DNA of 64,000 nucleotides, filler included, from Bonamia ostreae (Eukaryota): NCBI GenBank assembly GCA_040357525.1. It is 23 parts of 23 records of this genome, joined end to end, with 100 filler letters (N's around TTAATTAATTAA, not from the genome) between each part and the next. Parts side by side here need not be neighbours in the genome. Positions count along the whole stretch, not along the records: positions 61,399 to 64,000 come from JBDODL010000761.1; 22 more parts are not named here. One strand, 5' to 3'. Shown piece by piece: positions 62,666 to 64,000 of this stretch (position 1 is its first letter; each line of letters starts with the position of its first letter). The notes under the pieces were generated by a model. It saw only the letters and a program-made list of their open reading frames with translations, ran no database searches and was not told where the DNA came from. The position numbers and the translations under genes were made by a program.

Positions 62666-64000
62666 ATGCCACAGGACAGTTTGAACGTCGGAAACTTAAG
62701 TGACAAAATCGATAAACTAAGATCTGTCCAAAGCTCTTTTGTTTTCATATATTCTTAAACATCTCAAATTTAAGACCGAAGAGCTATGCAGCATCATAAT
62801 CGTCTCCGAAAGTTCCTCAGTTGACTCTTATGCGAAATCGTCCGCTGTGTTCATCTGGCTCTTCGGATTCGATATTCCCGGCAGTGTGCTGGTCTACTCG
62901 TTCGAAAACAAAATGCTGCATCTCTTCTCCGACAAATGTTTCAGATCATTATTTATTAAGACGCGAATTCCAACGTCTTTGGCGATTCTGGTGATTTGAA
63001 GACTGAAAAGATGAGCGCTTTTGAGGAGAGCGTAAAAGACGAAAAATTTGGAACCAAAAAATCGGTCCTTTTTCTGAAAAACAAATCCGGAGAATTGTTT
63101 CAAAAAGTCTTTGCTACGATAAAAAGCAACTTTCTGCTTGTTGAATGTAATAGCGCAGTTGGAAAATTGCTGTCCGTCAAAACCGGAAAGGAGCGAAACT
63201 GCGCGGAAAAAGCTGCAAATCTGTGCAGCGCCGTTTACAAATATTTTCTGGTCCCGAAAATTGAAACCGTTATTGACGAAGATATAAAAATTACTCATTC
63301 GACGCTTTCAAAGTCGACCGAGAAAATCATCAATACGCCAAATAAAGTGCAAATCAATGTTTCTAAAATTTATTTTGGCATTAAAAAATTTTGCTTTAAA
63401 ATTCATTTTTGGCAAATATGATCAAAAATCAACAAAATAAGCTTAACCCCGATTTCGTAGAAAGCTGTTATTCTCCAATAATACAAAGCGGGGGCGAATA
63501 TAATATGAAACTATCGGCGGAATCGACTTCAAACCCTCTCAAGATCACCAAAAACGCTCCGGTTTTGATATCTCTCGGTGTTCGCTACAAATCTTATTGT
63601 TGCAACATGTCGCGTAGTTTAATGTTCGATCCTTCCGAAGAACAAAAACGAGTTTACAACACGGCATTGTGTGCATTCGAAGCAGCAGTCGACGCTTTGA
63701 AGCCCGGGACAGAAGTAAAGAGAATTTGGGAGATAGTTCGAAATGTTGTGGAAGACAAATATCCCGAAAAGGTCGACAAACTGATGAAAAACTGTGGATT
63801 TGGCGTTTAAATTTTGAAATTTTAACAGATCGGAATACAGTTTAGAGAACCAGGATTTGTGATTCACAAAAGCAACGCGAATAAAATTGAAAATGGAATG
63901 ATATTCAATCTGAGCGTCGGTTTTGAGAATTTGGAGGATACAATTTCGAACACACCGTATGCTATTCAAATAGCCGATACGGTTGTCGTCGAACAAAAGG
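62666..64000 (+). CDS. SPT16: FACT complex subunit SPT16, 5' part
   Basis: 'YAKSSAVFIWLFGF', 'CYSPIIQSGGEYNMK', 'SLGVRYKSYCCNMSRS', 'KNCGFG|IGIQFRE', 'GMIFNLSVGFENL', 'IADTV'; an in-frame ATG at 62612 is an alternative start. Confidence 0.95.

Overview
This window is not one locus. It is about 23 short (~2.7 kb) contigs of an AT-rich eukaryote joined by artificial N/TTAATTAATTAA/N linkers, plus two internal 100-N gaps. Genes are densely packed and split by very small GT-AG introns (19-35 nt, mostly GTT donors, many AAG acceptors), so the ORF track fragments or misses them. Several long introns are filled with locus-specific minisatellites. Housekeeping genes recognised by motif: CTR9, an LCLAT/AGPAT acyltransferase, NOP2, a long-chain acyl-CoA ligase, DLD, Rab-GDI, NAA10, adenosine kinase, a Na/K-type P2C ATPase, AP beta-adaptin, HBS1, CDT2, TOM22, a P4 flippase, a PUF protein, a SIW14-like phosphatase, mitochondrial uL5, SHMT, a TopBP1-like BRCT protein, RPS7 and SPT16. 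This content fits a compact-genome protist with a conventional mitochondrion; an ascetosporean parasite such as Bonamia is my inference, not proven. Mobile DNA: an apparently intact LINE, relics of a LINE, a pogo/Tigger and a Merlin/ISXO2 element, a tRNA-like element, and a compositionally foreign contig with a decayed env-like gene. The most notable finding is a spliced gene (13514-12371, minus) predicted to encode a receptor-like protein: signal peptide, 4-Cys ectodomain, transmembrane helix, acidic linker and an intact OTU deubiquitinase domain. All splice calls were made by hand without RNA data, and all family assignments come from remembered motifs, not database searches.
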